A stretch of DNA of 64,000 bases from an uncultured Gammaproteobacteria bacterium (GTDB lineage: Bacteria > Patescibacteriota > Microgenomatia > Levybacterales > GWA1-39-11), in contig CAZXND010000002.1 of the NCBI GenBank assembly GCA_964641355.1, forward strand, positions 70,615 to 134,614, written 5' to 3'. The translations under genes were made by a program, and so were the position numbers. The notes below the pieces were generated by a model. The model was not told the origin of the DNA, made no database searches, and saw only the letters and a list, made by a program, of their open reading frames with translations. This document shows, one piece after another, positions 1 through 8,719 of the stretch (within the stretch, counting starts at the first letter, position 1; each line of letters opens with the position of its first letter).

Positions 1-384
1 TTGGATATGTCTATCAATAGGTCTTGCACCAATTCGGCAACCCCCAGGATTTGGAATAAGTGCTTCATGCGATCTAACCAATAGAGGGGCGATAAAAATA
101 GAGGAAGTCCTCATCTTTGCTCCTATCTCAAGGGGAATTCTGTGGCTTGTAACATTCTTAACTCTTATCTTTACTGTATGATCATATAAATCGACTTCTC
201 CGCCGATCTCTTTAATAAGAGCGGTCATTTCATAAAAATCACTTATTAAAGGCACGTTCGTAAGAGTAACTTCCTCACTTGTTAAACAAGCAGCAACTAG
301 AGCCTTTAAAACCACATTTTTAGACCCAGACAAAGTGATATGTCCTGAAAGCTCTTTTCCACCATTAATTACGTATCTTTTCAT
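1..384 (-). CDS. murA: UDP-N-acetylglucosamine 1-carboxyvinyltransferase (partial, runs off window)
   Basis: Manual translation from ATG at 384: MKRYVINGGKELSGHITLSGSKN...PGGCRIGARPIDRHIQ. Has the GSKN and catalytic PGGC.IG.RP motifs and follows murC. Confidence 0.93.
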   Translation of the reverse strand, partial: MKRYVINGGKELSGHITLSGSKNVVLKALVAACLTSEEVTLTNVPLISDFYEMTALIKEIGGEVDLYDHTVKIRVKNVTSHRIPLEIGAKMRTSSIFIAPLLVRSHEALIPNPGGCRIGARPIDRHIQ

Positions 385-386
385 AG

Positions 387-1850
387 CTAAATGTTATCGG
401 AATTTTTATCTACTACAAGCTTATATGCTAAGGTGTAAATATCGCCTGCACCCATGGTCAAAATGAGGGTATTACTACCTCTAAAATTCTCGATCAAGTA
501 TTCTACCATAAAATCATCATTTTTCGAAAAAGTCACGTCACGACCAAGCTTTCTGAATTCATCCATAAGCTTAGCATAAGAATAATCCTTTACCTCTTCT
601 CTTTGAGTAATATAGACTGGTGCAATTATTGTACTATCCGCCCTTCCAAAAGCTTGGGCAAAATCGCTTAAAAGTGCTTCCGTACGAGAGATACTGTGAG
701 GCTGGAAAATCACAACTATTTTCTTCTCCGGATATGCTCTTTTTACAGCATCGAGTGTAGCCTTAATCTCTTGAGGATGATGCGCATAATCATCAAAAAC
801 AAGGGTGTCGTATTTAGTTTTCCCTATCATTTCAAGCCTTCTTTTTGTACCCGAAAACTTAGACAAAGCAGTCTGAAGTTTGTCTGGATGATAGCCAAGT
901 TCAATTCCGAGAGCAATAATAGAAAGAGCATTTTGCGCATTATGAACCCCAGGAACAGAAAGAGTAAAATCACCGAATTTTATTTCACGACCCTCTACTG
1001 CAAAAAAGGAGTTAAGCCCACTTTCTCTAAAATTGGTGAAGTAATAGTCGTTTGTAGAGCTGGCACCGTATGTTATAACTGTTATATCGCTTCTTACTTT
1101 ATTTCTGAGAGACTGTAACCTTTGATCGTCACCATTAAGAAAAAGCAATCCATTCTCCTTAATTCTTTCCACAAACTTTTCAAAAACTTTTTCAACTTCG
1201 TCAATGCTCCCGTAAAAATCCGGATGGTCAAAGTCTATATTGTTAATTATGACAGCATAAGGTAATAAGTACAGGATTTTTGGAGTTTTGTCATAATTTA
1301 TCTCTGAGACATATTCATCTCCTTCAGCAATGAAGTAATTACCCTTTCCCAAATGTCCTGAAGCTCCCAATGGGAATATCTCTCCACAACCAACACTATA
1401 AGAAGGTTCTGCGCCAAGCTCAGACAAAACAGTTGCAGCCATGGCAGAAATAGTAGTTTTTCCATGAGAGCCAGCAATTGCAATCCCTTTTAAATTCTTC
1501 TTCGACAAAATAGCGCCTTCCATAAATTCTCCCAATGCTTGTCCTTGAGTCAAAACCTTTATTCCAAGATTTCGAGCCGCAATAACTTGAGGATTATCAA
1601 AACCTCTATGGGCACCTGTTGTTATCACAAGACACTTATCGATCGCTTCGCCCCTAAAGAAGTCTTCAATGTTTTTTGCTTCAAATCCTTCATCTATTTT
1701 TATTTTCGCCTCCAAAAGCTCTTTATCTGTTATAAACTTTTCATCTATGTCAGACCCTCTGACTTCCATCTTTGCTTGTGAAGCAATAATTGCCAAAGGC
1801 GCCACTCCAACACCTTTAATCCCTACAAAATAAACTTTTGAGTACATCAT
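387..1850 (-). CDS. murC: UDP-N-acetylmuramate--L-alanine ligase
   Basis: N-terminal GIKGVG, P-loop AGSHGKTT, EGDEY, DFDHPD, DDYAHHP and FQPH motifs. Confidence 0.93.
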   Translation of the reverse strand: MMYSKVYFVGIKGVGVAPLAIIASQAKMEVRGSDIDEKFITDKELLEAKIKIDEGFEAKNIEDFFRGEAIDKCLVITTGAHRGFDNPQVIAARNLGIKVLTQGQALGEFMEGAILSKKNLKGIAIAGSHGKTTISAMAATVLSELGAEPSYSVGCGEIFPLGASGHLGKGNYFIAEGDEYVSEINYDKTPKILYLLPYAVIINNIDFDHPDFYGSIDEVEKVFEKFVERIKENGLLFLNGDDQRLQSLRNKVRSDITVITYGASSTNDYYFTNFRESGLNSFFAVEGREIKFGDFTLSVPGVHNAQNALSIIALGIELGYHPDKLQTALSKFSGTKRRLEMIGKTKYDTLVFDDYAHHPQEIKATLDAVKRAYPEKKIVVIFQPHSISRTEALLSDFAQAFGRADSTIIAPVYITQREEVKDYSYAKLMDEFRKLGRDVTFSKNDDFMVEYLIENFRGSNTLILTMGAGDIYTLAYKLVVDKNSDNI

Positions 1851-3049
1851 TTAATTAATCCTCTTTCCTTTAATGCATCATTGATCACTTTAAATTCATC
1901 CCAGGGTTCTTCACCATTTCCTAAATTTATAGATTTTTCATGACTCTTTCCTGTCAGAAGAATAAAATCTCCTCTTTTTGCCATATTTATCGCCTTAAAA
2001 ATAGCTTCTCTCCTATTATTAATTTGCACGAGAGACGAAAAATTACTCGGAATTCCTGATTGAATATCACGATTTATATTTTCAATTTTTTCTTTTCTTG
2101 GATCTTCAGAAGTTAAGATTATTAAATCAGACCATTTACTCGATTCCTCTCCCATCATAGGTCTTTTAGTGGCATCTCGCTCTCCTGCCGAACCAAAAAC
2201 GTGTATGAGTCTGCCTTTTTTTTCTCTTGAAATTTCTGAAAGAAGCTTGGCAAAAGCATTAGGCGTGTGAGCAAAATCGACCATCACGGTAAATTCTTTC
2301 TGATACACAATTTCTTGTCTACCTGAAGGAAGGTCAAAATTTAACACCGCTTCTCTTATCTTCTTACTCTCTACACCCAGCACTTTTGAAGCTGCAACAG
2401 CGGCTAAAATATTATACTTATTAAAATCACCTATTAATTTTGACCTGAACTTAAAATTATCAGGATTAATAGTAGAGTTCTGACCAAAGCCGTAAGTCAT
2501 AAATTTTTTATTTCTGATATTTAGTATTTTATTTTTAAGGTTAATTATTTGCTTATAAGATTTGTCATCTCTATTTAAAATGCAATTCTTTGAATCTTCA
2601 AAAAGCTTCAATTTAGCTCTTAGATACTTATCATATGTTTTATGGTAGTCGAGGTGTTCATGACTAATATTTGTAATTACTCCTACTTCAAAGGAAATTA
2701 AAGCTACTCTATTTTGATCCAAGGCGTGAGAAGTAGTCTCAAGCACAACAAATTCGACCCCACGCGATCTAGCTTCAGAAAGATATCTTTGAATCTGGAT
2801 TGAGCTTGGAGTTGTAACGTGAAAACCAGTATCATATGAAGTGTTATCTATATATGCTCCAACCGTTGAAATTAGAGCTACTTTCTTCCCTGCGTGCTTT
2901 AGTATATGGTAAATAAGGCTTGAAGTTGTAGTTTTTCCATCTGTTCCTGTGACTCCTATTACTTTTAGTCTTGAGGCTGGAAATCCATATATGACTGTAG
3001 CCAGTATCGCTACGAGCAAATGATAGACATTTTTAACTTCCTGATACAT
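1847..3049 (-). CDS. murE: UDP-MurNAc-dipeptide--diamino acid ligase (short form lacking the N-terminal domain)
   Basis: GVTGTDGKTTT, TTP, ETTSHAL, EHLDYH, DFAHTP, G.RD..KRP.MG, EDPR and GKSHE motifs. Confidence 0.9.
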   Translation of the reverse strand: MYQEVKNVYHLLVAILATVIYGFPASRLKVIGVTGTDGKTTTSSLIYHILKHAGKKVALISTVGAYIDNTSYDTGFHVTTPSSIQIQRYLSEARSRGVEFVVLETTSHALDQNRVALISFEVGVITNISHEHLDYHKTYDKYLRAKLKLFEDSKNCILNRDDKSYKQIINLKNKILNIRNKKFMTYGFGQNSTINPDNFKFRSKLIGDFNKYNILAAVAASKVLGVESKKIREAVLNFDLPSGRQEIVYQKEFTVMVDFAHTPNAFAKLLSEISREKKGRLIHVFGSAGERDATKRPMMGEESSKWSDLIILTSEDPRKEKIENINRDIQSGIPSNFSSLVQINNRREAIFKAINMAKRGDFILLTGKSHEKSINLGNGEEPWDEFKVINDALKERGLIK

Positions 3050-3141
3050 ATTTATGCCTAAATTTATAGGTTTATTATTATACTATAAGATAGATATAAA
3101 CTCAATTTATACTTTAGTTTAGCAATTATCATCCAATTAAC

Positions 3142-4833
3142 CTAGTATGTCGGTCGGATATTATAATAATTCAAAATTTGTCTTGCGATTGAAAAAAATA
3201 TTGGAGCTGCCGTTTCGGCTCCATAAATTGATTTTTTAGGCCTATCTACAAGAACAAGCATCGATATTTTTGGATCGTTGGCTGGAAAAAAACCGACAAA
3301 TGAGGCTATTGTTTTAGTGGGATCATAATGTCCAGCGACTGGAATTTGAGCCGTTCCTGTTTTTCCGGCGAATTTATAATCAGGTATTTTTGCCCATTTG
3401 GCCTCACCCTTTTCAACAGCATTAACCATAACCCATGTCATCACCTTAGCAGTAGACTCTTTTATTACGCGCCCTTTGGATTCAGGCTTTATTAACACTT
3501 CTTTTCCATCTTCTTTGATTATTTTTGAAACCACATAAGGCTTCATCAAATTGCCCCCATTGGCAATAGTATTCACTGCAACGATTAGCTGCATAGGAGT
3601 AATTGAAATTCCTTGGCCAAAACTCGAAGTAGCAAGATCTATCGGATACCATAAATCTCTATCGCGTATCGATCCACTAATTTCACCCTGAAGGTCAATT
3701 TCTGTATTATCATTTATTCCAAAATCGGTTAAATACTTTATCATCTTGTCAATTCCCAATTTTTTAGCTACAAAGACCATACCTGTATTATCAGAATGTT
3801 GAATTACTTCGGTCATCGTCGTATTTGGATAGTATTTTTCATTCCACGTCTTAATTGAGTATTCACCGATTTTTATGGCAGCAGAGCATATATCACATTT
3901 CGTATCAGGCTTTACCAGATCCAGATCCATTCCAGAAGACATTACGAGGACTTTAAAAGTGGATCCTGGTTCGTAAAGACTTGAAATGGCGGGATTTTTA
4001 TAAGAGGAAGAGTCAAAGTCGTAATAATCTTGCGGATTGAAGTTTGGAAATGAAGCCATGGCCAAAACTTTTCCGCTAGCAGGCTCCATAATAATTACAG
4101 TTCCGCCATCAGCATCATAAGTATTTATTCCGCGAGAAAGCTCTTTCTGTGCATAATACTGTATTGTTCTATCTATATTAAGAACGATATTTCTCCCGTC
4201 TATTTTTGGCAATTGCCTAATATCATTAATTATCGTATTTCCAAGAGCATCTTTTACTACATAAAGCTTCCCATCTCGGCCTTTAAGCTGCTCATTATAA
4301 AATCCCTCAAGACCAAAATATCCCTTGTCCTCTCCGTTCTCATCTTTTCCTACAAAGCCTATTAAGTGCGCAGCCATTGACCCTTCTGGATAATACCTAT
4401 CAGTCTCCTGTTGAAATCCGATTCCTGAAAGTTTTTCATGTTCAATATTTTTCCTTGTAGCATCATCAACCTTTGAAGCAAGTCTTACCCAAAAAAGATT
4501 TTGAGAAAGTTTTGCAGAGATTGAGGACTCGGGGAGAGATAAAAGTTCGGATAGTTTTTTTGCATACTCATCTTTGTTGTTTATTAACTTCGGATTAGCG
4601 TATACTAAATAACTTATCTTATTTGTTGCTAAGGGGAAATTATCGCTTGTTAGAATATCTCCCCTTGAAGATTTTTGGATTAGTGACTCTGTGCTTTGCG
4701 CTTCACCTATCTTTTTAAGATCGGCTCCTCGCAATACCTGCCAATAGAAAAGTTTTAAAAGCACAAAGAGATACAGAAAGAGGAAAAAAACTAAGACTAT
4801 TGTAAACCTGAAATTATCCCACCGGATTGACAT
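3142..4833 (-). CDS. ftsI: Class B penicillin-binding protein (FtsI/PBP2 family)
   Basis: N-terminal TM helix, RG.I dimerisation-domain motif, SxxK (GSTFK), SxN (SDN) and KTG; dcw position. Confidence 0.85.
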   Translation of the reverse strand: MSIRWDNFRFTIVLVFFLFLYLFVLLKLFYWQVLRGADLKKIGEAQSTESLIQKSSRGDILTSDNFPLATNKISYLVYANPKLINNKDEYAKKLSELLSLPESSISAKLSQNLFWVRLASKVDDATRKNIEHEKLSGIGFQQETDRYYPEGSMAAHLIGFVGKDENGEDKGYFGLEGFYNEQLKGRDGKLYVVKDALGNTIINDIRQLPKIDGRNIVLNIDRTIQYYAQKELSRGINTYDADGGTVIIMEPASGKVLAMASFPNFNPQDYYDFDSSSYKNPAISSLYEPGSTFKVLVMSSGMDLDLVKPDTKCDICSAAIKIGEYSIKTWNEKYYPNTTMTEVIQHSDNTGMVFVAKKLGIDKMIKYLTDFGINDNTEIDLQGEISGSIRDRDLWYPIDLATSSFGQGISITPMQLIVAVNTIANGGNLMKPYVVSKIIKEDGKEVLIKPESKGRVIKESTAKVMTWVMVNAVEKGEAKWAKIPDYKFAGKTGTAQIPVAGHYDPTKTIASFVGFFPANDPKISMLVLVDRPKKSIYGAETAAPIFFSIARQILNYYNIRPTY

Positions 4834-4835
4834 TT

Positions 4836-5159
4836 TTACCTCTGAGCAAAACTCTTGGGACCGGATAAGGAAATTGTATTTTTATTATTTTCTACAAATC
4901 CTATCTCTCCTGCCTTTGAAGCAACATAATCATAGGATGTGTATTTTAACACTTCTGTTTTAAGTAATGTATTTTTTTCAGATAGATCTTCCACTTTTGC
5001 TTTAACATTTGCTGCATAAATACTATTTGTAGATATACTATTTGATAAATGTATATTCACAATTTGAAGAACGGCAAAAAGCACTACTAAAAATGCCAAA
5101 AACAACTTCGCTTTTTTTCCTCCTGGCAATTTATTATTAGACATCTTATAAATTTTCAT
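4836..5159 (-). CDS. FtsL-like cell division protein
   Basis: 107 aa, single TM helix followed by a coiled coil, located between rsmH and ftsI. Confidence 0.6.
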   Translation of the reverse strand: MKIYKMSNNKLPGGKKAKLFLAFLVVLFAVLQIVNIHLSNSISTNSIYAANVKAKVEDLSEKNTLLKTEVLKYTSYDYVASKAGEIGFVENNKNTISLSGPKSFAQR

Positions 5160-5162
5160 AAA

Positions 5163-6068
5163 CTACGCCTTAATCTTTTCTAAAATCCTCATTTTTGCAC
5201 TTCTTGATCTTGGGTTTTCGTAAATTTCACTATCACTTGCTACAACTGGCTTTTTTAAAAACACATATCCAGACTCTCTCATGGTGTTTTTAACAATACG
5301 ATCCTCAAGAGAATGGAATGATATAACGCACAAGATTCCTTTCTCAGAAAGCAAAGACACTGAATCTGTTAATGCTTCTTTCAGATTAGACAATTCATTA
5401 TTTACTGCAATTCTTAATGCCATAAATACTTTTGTCGCCGGATGTATCTTACCCTCACGTCTCACATTTTCCTCTATTAACGATGCGAGCTCAGTTGTCC
5501 TCTCTATTGGCTTTATTTTTCTTGCAGCATCAATTACTTCTGCGATTTTAACTGCATTTCTATCTTCCCCATATTTAGCGAAGAGAATCGAAAGCTCGTC
5601 TTTTGTCCAATTATTCACAATTGATAATGCTGAAAGGTCTGATTTTTTATTCATTCTCATATCAAGAATCTCGTCCTTTTTAAAACTGAATCCACGTCCC
5701 GATTGGTCAATTTGATAAGAAGAAAGTCCAAGATCAAATAAAATCCCGTCTACTTTCTCAAATCCAAATCTTGCCGCAAGCCCTTTTATGTCCGAGAAGT
5801 TTCCAAGAGCCAAAGTTAAATTCTTTTCCCCGAAAAACTTTTTCTGTACAAAACTTATCGCGTCTTCATCTTGATCAATACCAAGCACTATTCCACCCCG
5901 CTCAATTATTTCCTTTGTATGACCTCCTCCTCCGATGGTTGCATCTATGTATTTTCCCCCAGGCTTTATTTTGAGTGCTTCTATTGCCTCATTTTTAAGA
6001 ACACTTATGTGAGAAAAGTCATTTTGATTCATTTGAGAGAGATTACTTTGAGTCATCGAGCTTTTCAA
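5163..6068 (-). CDS. rsmH: 16S rRNA m4C1402 methyltransferase
   Basis: HISV, DATIGGGGH, DLGLSSYQ, LDMRM, ISFHSLEDRIVK and NPRSRSAKMR motifs. The true start may be a few codons downstream. Confidence 0.96.
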   Translation of the reverse strand: MKSSMTQSNLSQMNQNDFSHISVLKNEAIEALKIKPGGKYIDATIGGGGHTKEIIERGGIVLGIDQDEDAISFVQKKFFGEKNLTLALGNFSDIKGLAARFGFEKVDGILFDLGLSSYQIDQSGRGFSFKKDEILDMRMNKKSDLSALSIVNNWTKDELSILFAKYGEDRNAVKIAEVIDAARKIKPIERTTELASLIEENVRREGKIHPATKVFMALRIAVNNELSNLKEALTDSVSLLSEKGILCVISFHSLEDRIVKNTMRESGYVFLKKPVVASDSEIYENPRSRSAKMRILEKIKA

Positions 6069-6483
6069 TCAATTTTTCTGCAACTTCTGCGATGTTTTTT
6101 CTATTTTCTTCTTCATACTTCCTCCACGCTTCTAAATTCCAAACTTCAACATAAGTTTCTTGACCTACAAATACAACCTCTTCTCCCACGCGTGAATAGT
6201 CTCTTAGATACTCAGGTAATACAAATCTTCCCTGTCTATCAAGCTCGGCAAGCGTCGCTCCTCCAAGTAAAAATCGTCTGATATCTCGTGTTTCACTTAA
6301 TAAAAATGGTTTACCCTCAGTCCCTGTGAGTAGCGACCTCCAATTTTTCTCGGACACAACTATCAAAGAGCCTTCGAATCCGTAAGTTACGACGAGTTTA
6401 TCGCCTAATTCCTCACGAAATCTTTTCGGAAATGCAATTCGTGCTTTTTCTCCAACTTTTACTTTGAATTGACCAATTAACAT
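6043..6483 (-). CDS. mraZ: Transcriptional repressor MraZ
   Basis: 146 aa with duplicated SpoVT/AbrB-like repeats (RIAFP..FR; LDRQGRFVLP..LR; VEVW); first gene of the dcw cluster. Confidence 0.93.
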   Translation of the reverse strand: MLIGQFKVKVGEKARIAFPKRFREELGDKLVVTYGFEGSLIVVSEKNWRSLLTGTEGKPFLLSETRDIRRFLLGGATLAELDRQGRFVLPEYLRDYSRVGEEVVFVGQETYVEVWNLEAWRKYEEENRKNIAEVAEKLIEKLDDSK

Positions 6484-6530
6484 AAGAAGTATTTCTACAA
6501 ACTAACAAGTGAACATTTCTATTTAAATAA

Positions 6531-6570
6531 TTATAAACCATATTCACCATAATTCACCACTTTTCACCAA
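6531..6570 (-). promoter_or_regulatory. MraZ operator: three TGGTGAA boxes at 10-bp period plus a degenerate fourth
   Basis: Minus strand reads TTGGTGAAAA GTGGTGAATT ATGGTGAATA TGGTTTATAA upstream of mraZ, matching the known GTGG-type phased MraZ repeats. Confidence 0.75.
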
Positions 6571-6579
6571 TATTTAATT

Positions 6580-6608
6580 ATTTTGATTCATTTTGAATCT
6601 GTTGTCAA
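6580..6608 (-). promoter_or_regulatory. Putative sigma70 promoter of the dcw operon
   Basis: TTGACA (6608-6603), 17 bp, CAAAAT (6585-6580). An alternative TATAAT lies at 6535-6530. Confidence 0.45.
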
Positions 6609-6713
6609 GGGGTAAGATGCAGAAAAAACCAAGCATTTAACAACTTTATGGATTGAGATTTTACAATACACTAAATGTAGTAAAAATGATTAGAAAAAAA
6701 GAATCAGAGGAAA

Positions 6714-7208
6714 TTATTCAAGAGAGATTTTTTCAGTTACGGTTCCGATTTCTCCATTTGTATAGGTGACCTTAAGAACAACAGTTATATCTGAAGTAAC
6801 TTTGTCGTACTTACAAACATTTGCACTACATGTTCCAAGTAGGATTTCTCGAGTCACGCTTGACTCACCTGACTTTACTTGAATTGGACTTGCAACAACT
6901 CCGCGAGGAACATCACCTTCACCGCCAGCTTCCGGATCGGTATTTTCTGCATTGTAATTAACTTCGTACTCAATCGTAGAAATACCTGAAAGCTTGTTGA
7001 TTGTCATAATAACCGCTCTATTATCCGCGCGAGGCTTGAGTGATAATCCTATGTCGCTTGCTGAAATCTCCTTTACCTGTTGTTCTTCTTCTTGAGTTGG
7101 TTGCTCAGTGCCAGAGTTTCTTCCAAGAATAAAATATGCTCCACCACCAACTATAAGAATTAAAACTACTACTAGAATGAGGACTGTCTTATTTTTAAAG
7201 AAATTCAT
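6714..7208 (-). CDS. Hypothetical membrane-anchored extracytoplasmic protein
   Basis: N-terminal TM anchor followed by a beta-rich domain with LGTCS..VCKYD (probable disulfide). Confidence 0.75.
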   Translation of the reverse strand: MNFFKNKTVLILVVVLILIVGGGAYFILGRNSGTEQPTQEEEQQVKEISASDIGLSLKPRADNRAVIMTINKLSGISTIEYEVNYNAENTDPEAGGEGDVPRGVVASPIQVKSGESSVTREILLGTCSANVCKYDKVTSDITVVLKVTYTNGEIGTVTEKISLE

Positions 7209-7252
7209 TTATGAAATAAGAATATAATAACCAAATTGAGAATGTCAATATA

Positions 7253-8566
7253 TCAAGAGATTTTTTCTTGAATATATTTAGAGAGTTCACTTATCTTCAT
7301 TCTCTCTTGAGTAGCTGTATCGCGATCCCTAACTGTAACTGTCTCATTTTCCAAAGTCTCATAATCTATTGTTATACAGTACGGCGTACCAATTTCGTCT
7401 TGAGCAAAATAACGCTTTCCAATATTTCCTCGACCATCGAATACAACAGGAAGAATATTGTCATGCTTAAGCATGGAATATACTTCTTTCGCCTTTCCCA
7501 TAATTTCTTCTTTATTAGCTACAAGAGGGAAAACGGCGGCCTTATACGGAGCCACTTTTGGAGATAATTGAAGAAAAACACGACCCGCATCTTCTCTATA
7601 TGAATCGAATAAGAGGAATAGCAATGTTCTATCAACTCCACAAGAAGTCTCGATGTCCCATGGAATATATGACTCACCTAAATCCTGATCACGATAAGTA
7701 AGGTCAACTCCAGAGTATTCCTGATGACGTCTTAAATCCCAGTCACTTCTATTATGAATTCCGGCAAGCTCCGACCAACCCCAAGGAGAATTATATTCTA
7801 TATCTGTTGCAGCCTTTGCATAGTGTGCGCGCTCATCTTCTTCGTGATCTCTAAATCTAAGACTTTCCTCTTTAAACCCAAGGGCTAAAAACCAGTCCAT
7901 TCTCATCTTTTTCCAATAATCAAACCACTTTTCCCCTTCTTTCTCCTCCGGTTTTATATAAAATTGCAATTCCATTTGCTCGAATTCCCGTGACCTGAAA
8001 GTAAAATTACCAGGAGTAATTTCGTTTCTAAAGGCTTTTCCGATTTGCGCAATTCCGAAAGGAATTTTTACTCGATTAGAATCAACAACGTTTTTAAAAT
8101 TAACATGAACTCCATTGGTAATTTCCCCACGAAGAAAAATTTCAGATTGCTCTCCTTCAATTACCCCAAGATAAGATTTTACCAAAAGATTAAATTCACG
8201 AGGACTTGTCCATTCAACTATCTCATCTTTGTGCTCTTGGGCATGTTGAGTTATTTCTTCTTTCTTGTCGGCACGAAATCTCTTGTGACATACCTTACAC
8301 TCAATTAGAGGATCTGTGAACGCTTCAAGATGTCCTGAAGCTTCCCATGCACGAGGATTCATCATAATTGCAGCGTCTACTCCTACCACATCCTCACGCT
8401 CATATACTACCGACTTCCAAAATTCTCGCTTGATATTATTTTTGAGCTCGACTCCTACAGGTCCATAATCCCAAGTACCAGCAAGACCTCCATAGATTTC
8501 TGATCCTTGATAGATAAAGCCTCTTCTTTTTGCTAGAGCTGCAACCTTTGCTACTAAATCATCCAT
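7253..8566 (-). CDS. glyQS: Glycine--tRNA ligase (alpha2 homodimeric type)
   Basis: IYGG...WDYGP.G, QIGKAFRNEITPGNF.FR.REFEQME and the anticodon-binding DEIGTPYC.T.D motif. Confidence 0.96.
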   Translation of the reverse strand: MDDLVAKVAALAKRRGFIYQGSEIYGGLAGTWDYGPVGVELKNNIKREFWKSVVYEREDVVGVDAAIMMNPRAWEASGHLEAFTDPLIECKVCHKRFRADKKEEITQHAQEHKDEIVEWTSPREFNLLVKSYLGVIEGEQSEIFLRGEITNGVHVNFKNVVDSNRVKIPFGIAQIGKAFRNEITPGNFTFRSREFEQMELQFYIKPEEKEGEKWFDYWKKMRMDWFLALGFKEESLRFRDHEEDERAHYAKAATDIEYNSPWGWSELAGIHNRSDWDLRRHQEYSGVDLTYRDQDLGESYIPWDIETSCGVDRTLLFLLFDSYREDAGRVFLQLSPKVAPYKAAVFPLVANKEEIMGKAKEVYSMLKHDNILPVVFDGRGNIGKRYFAQDEIGTPYCITIDYETLENETVTVRDRDTATQERMKISELSKYIQEKIS

Positions 8567-8719
8567 GAGGGTAGTATACCAAAAGAAGAATTGAAGGTTA
8601 ATAACCTATCTTAAAATGAAATCCTATCAATGTCCAACATTATACAAAATACGACATGTCTGTTGAAATAGCCACAACGGAAGAGTAATATTGTCTTGCG
8701 TAATTGAAGCAAATCAAAA

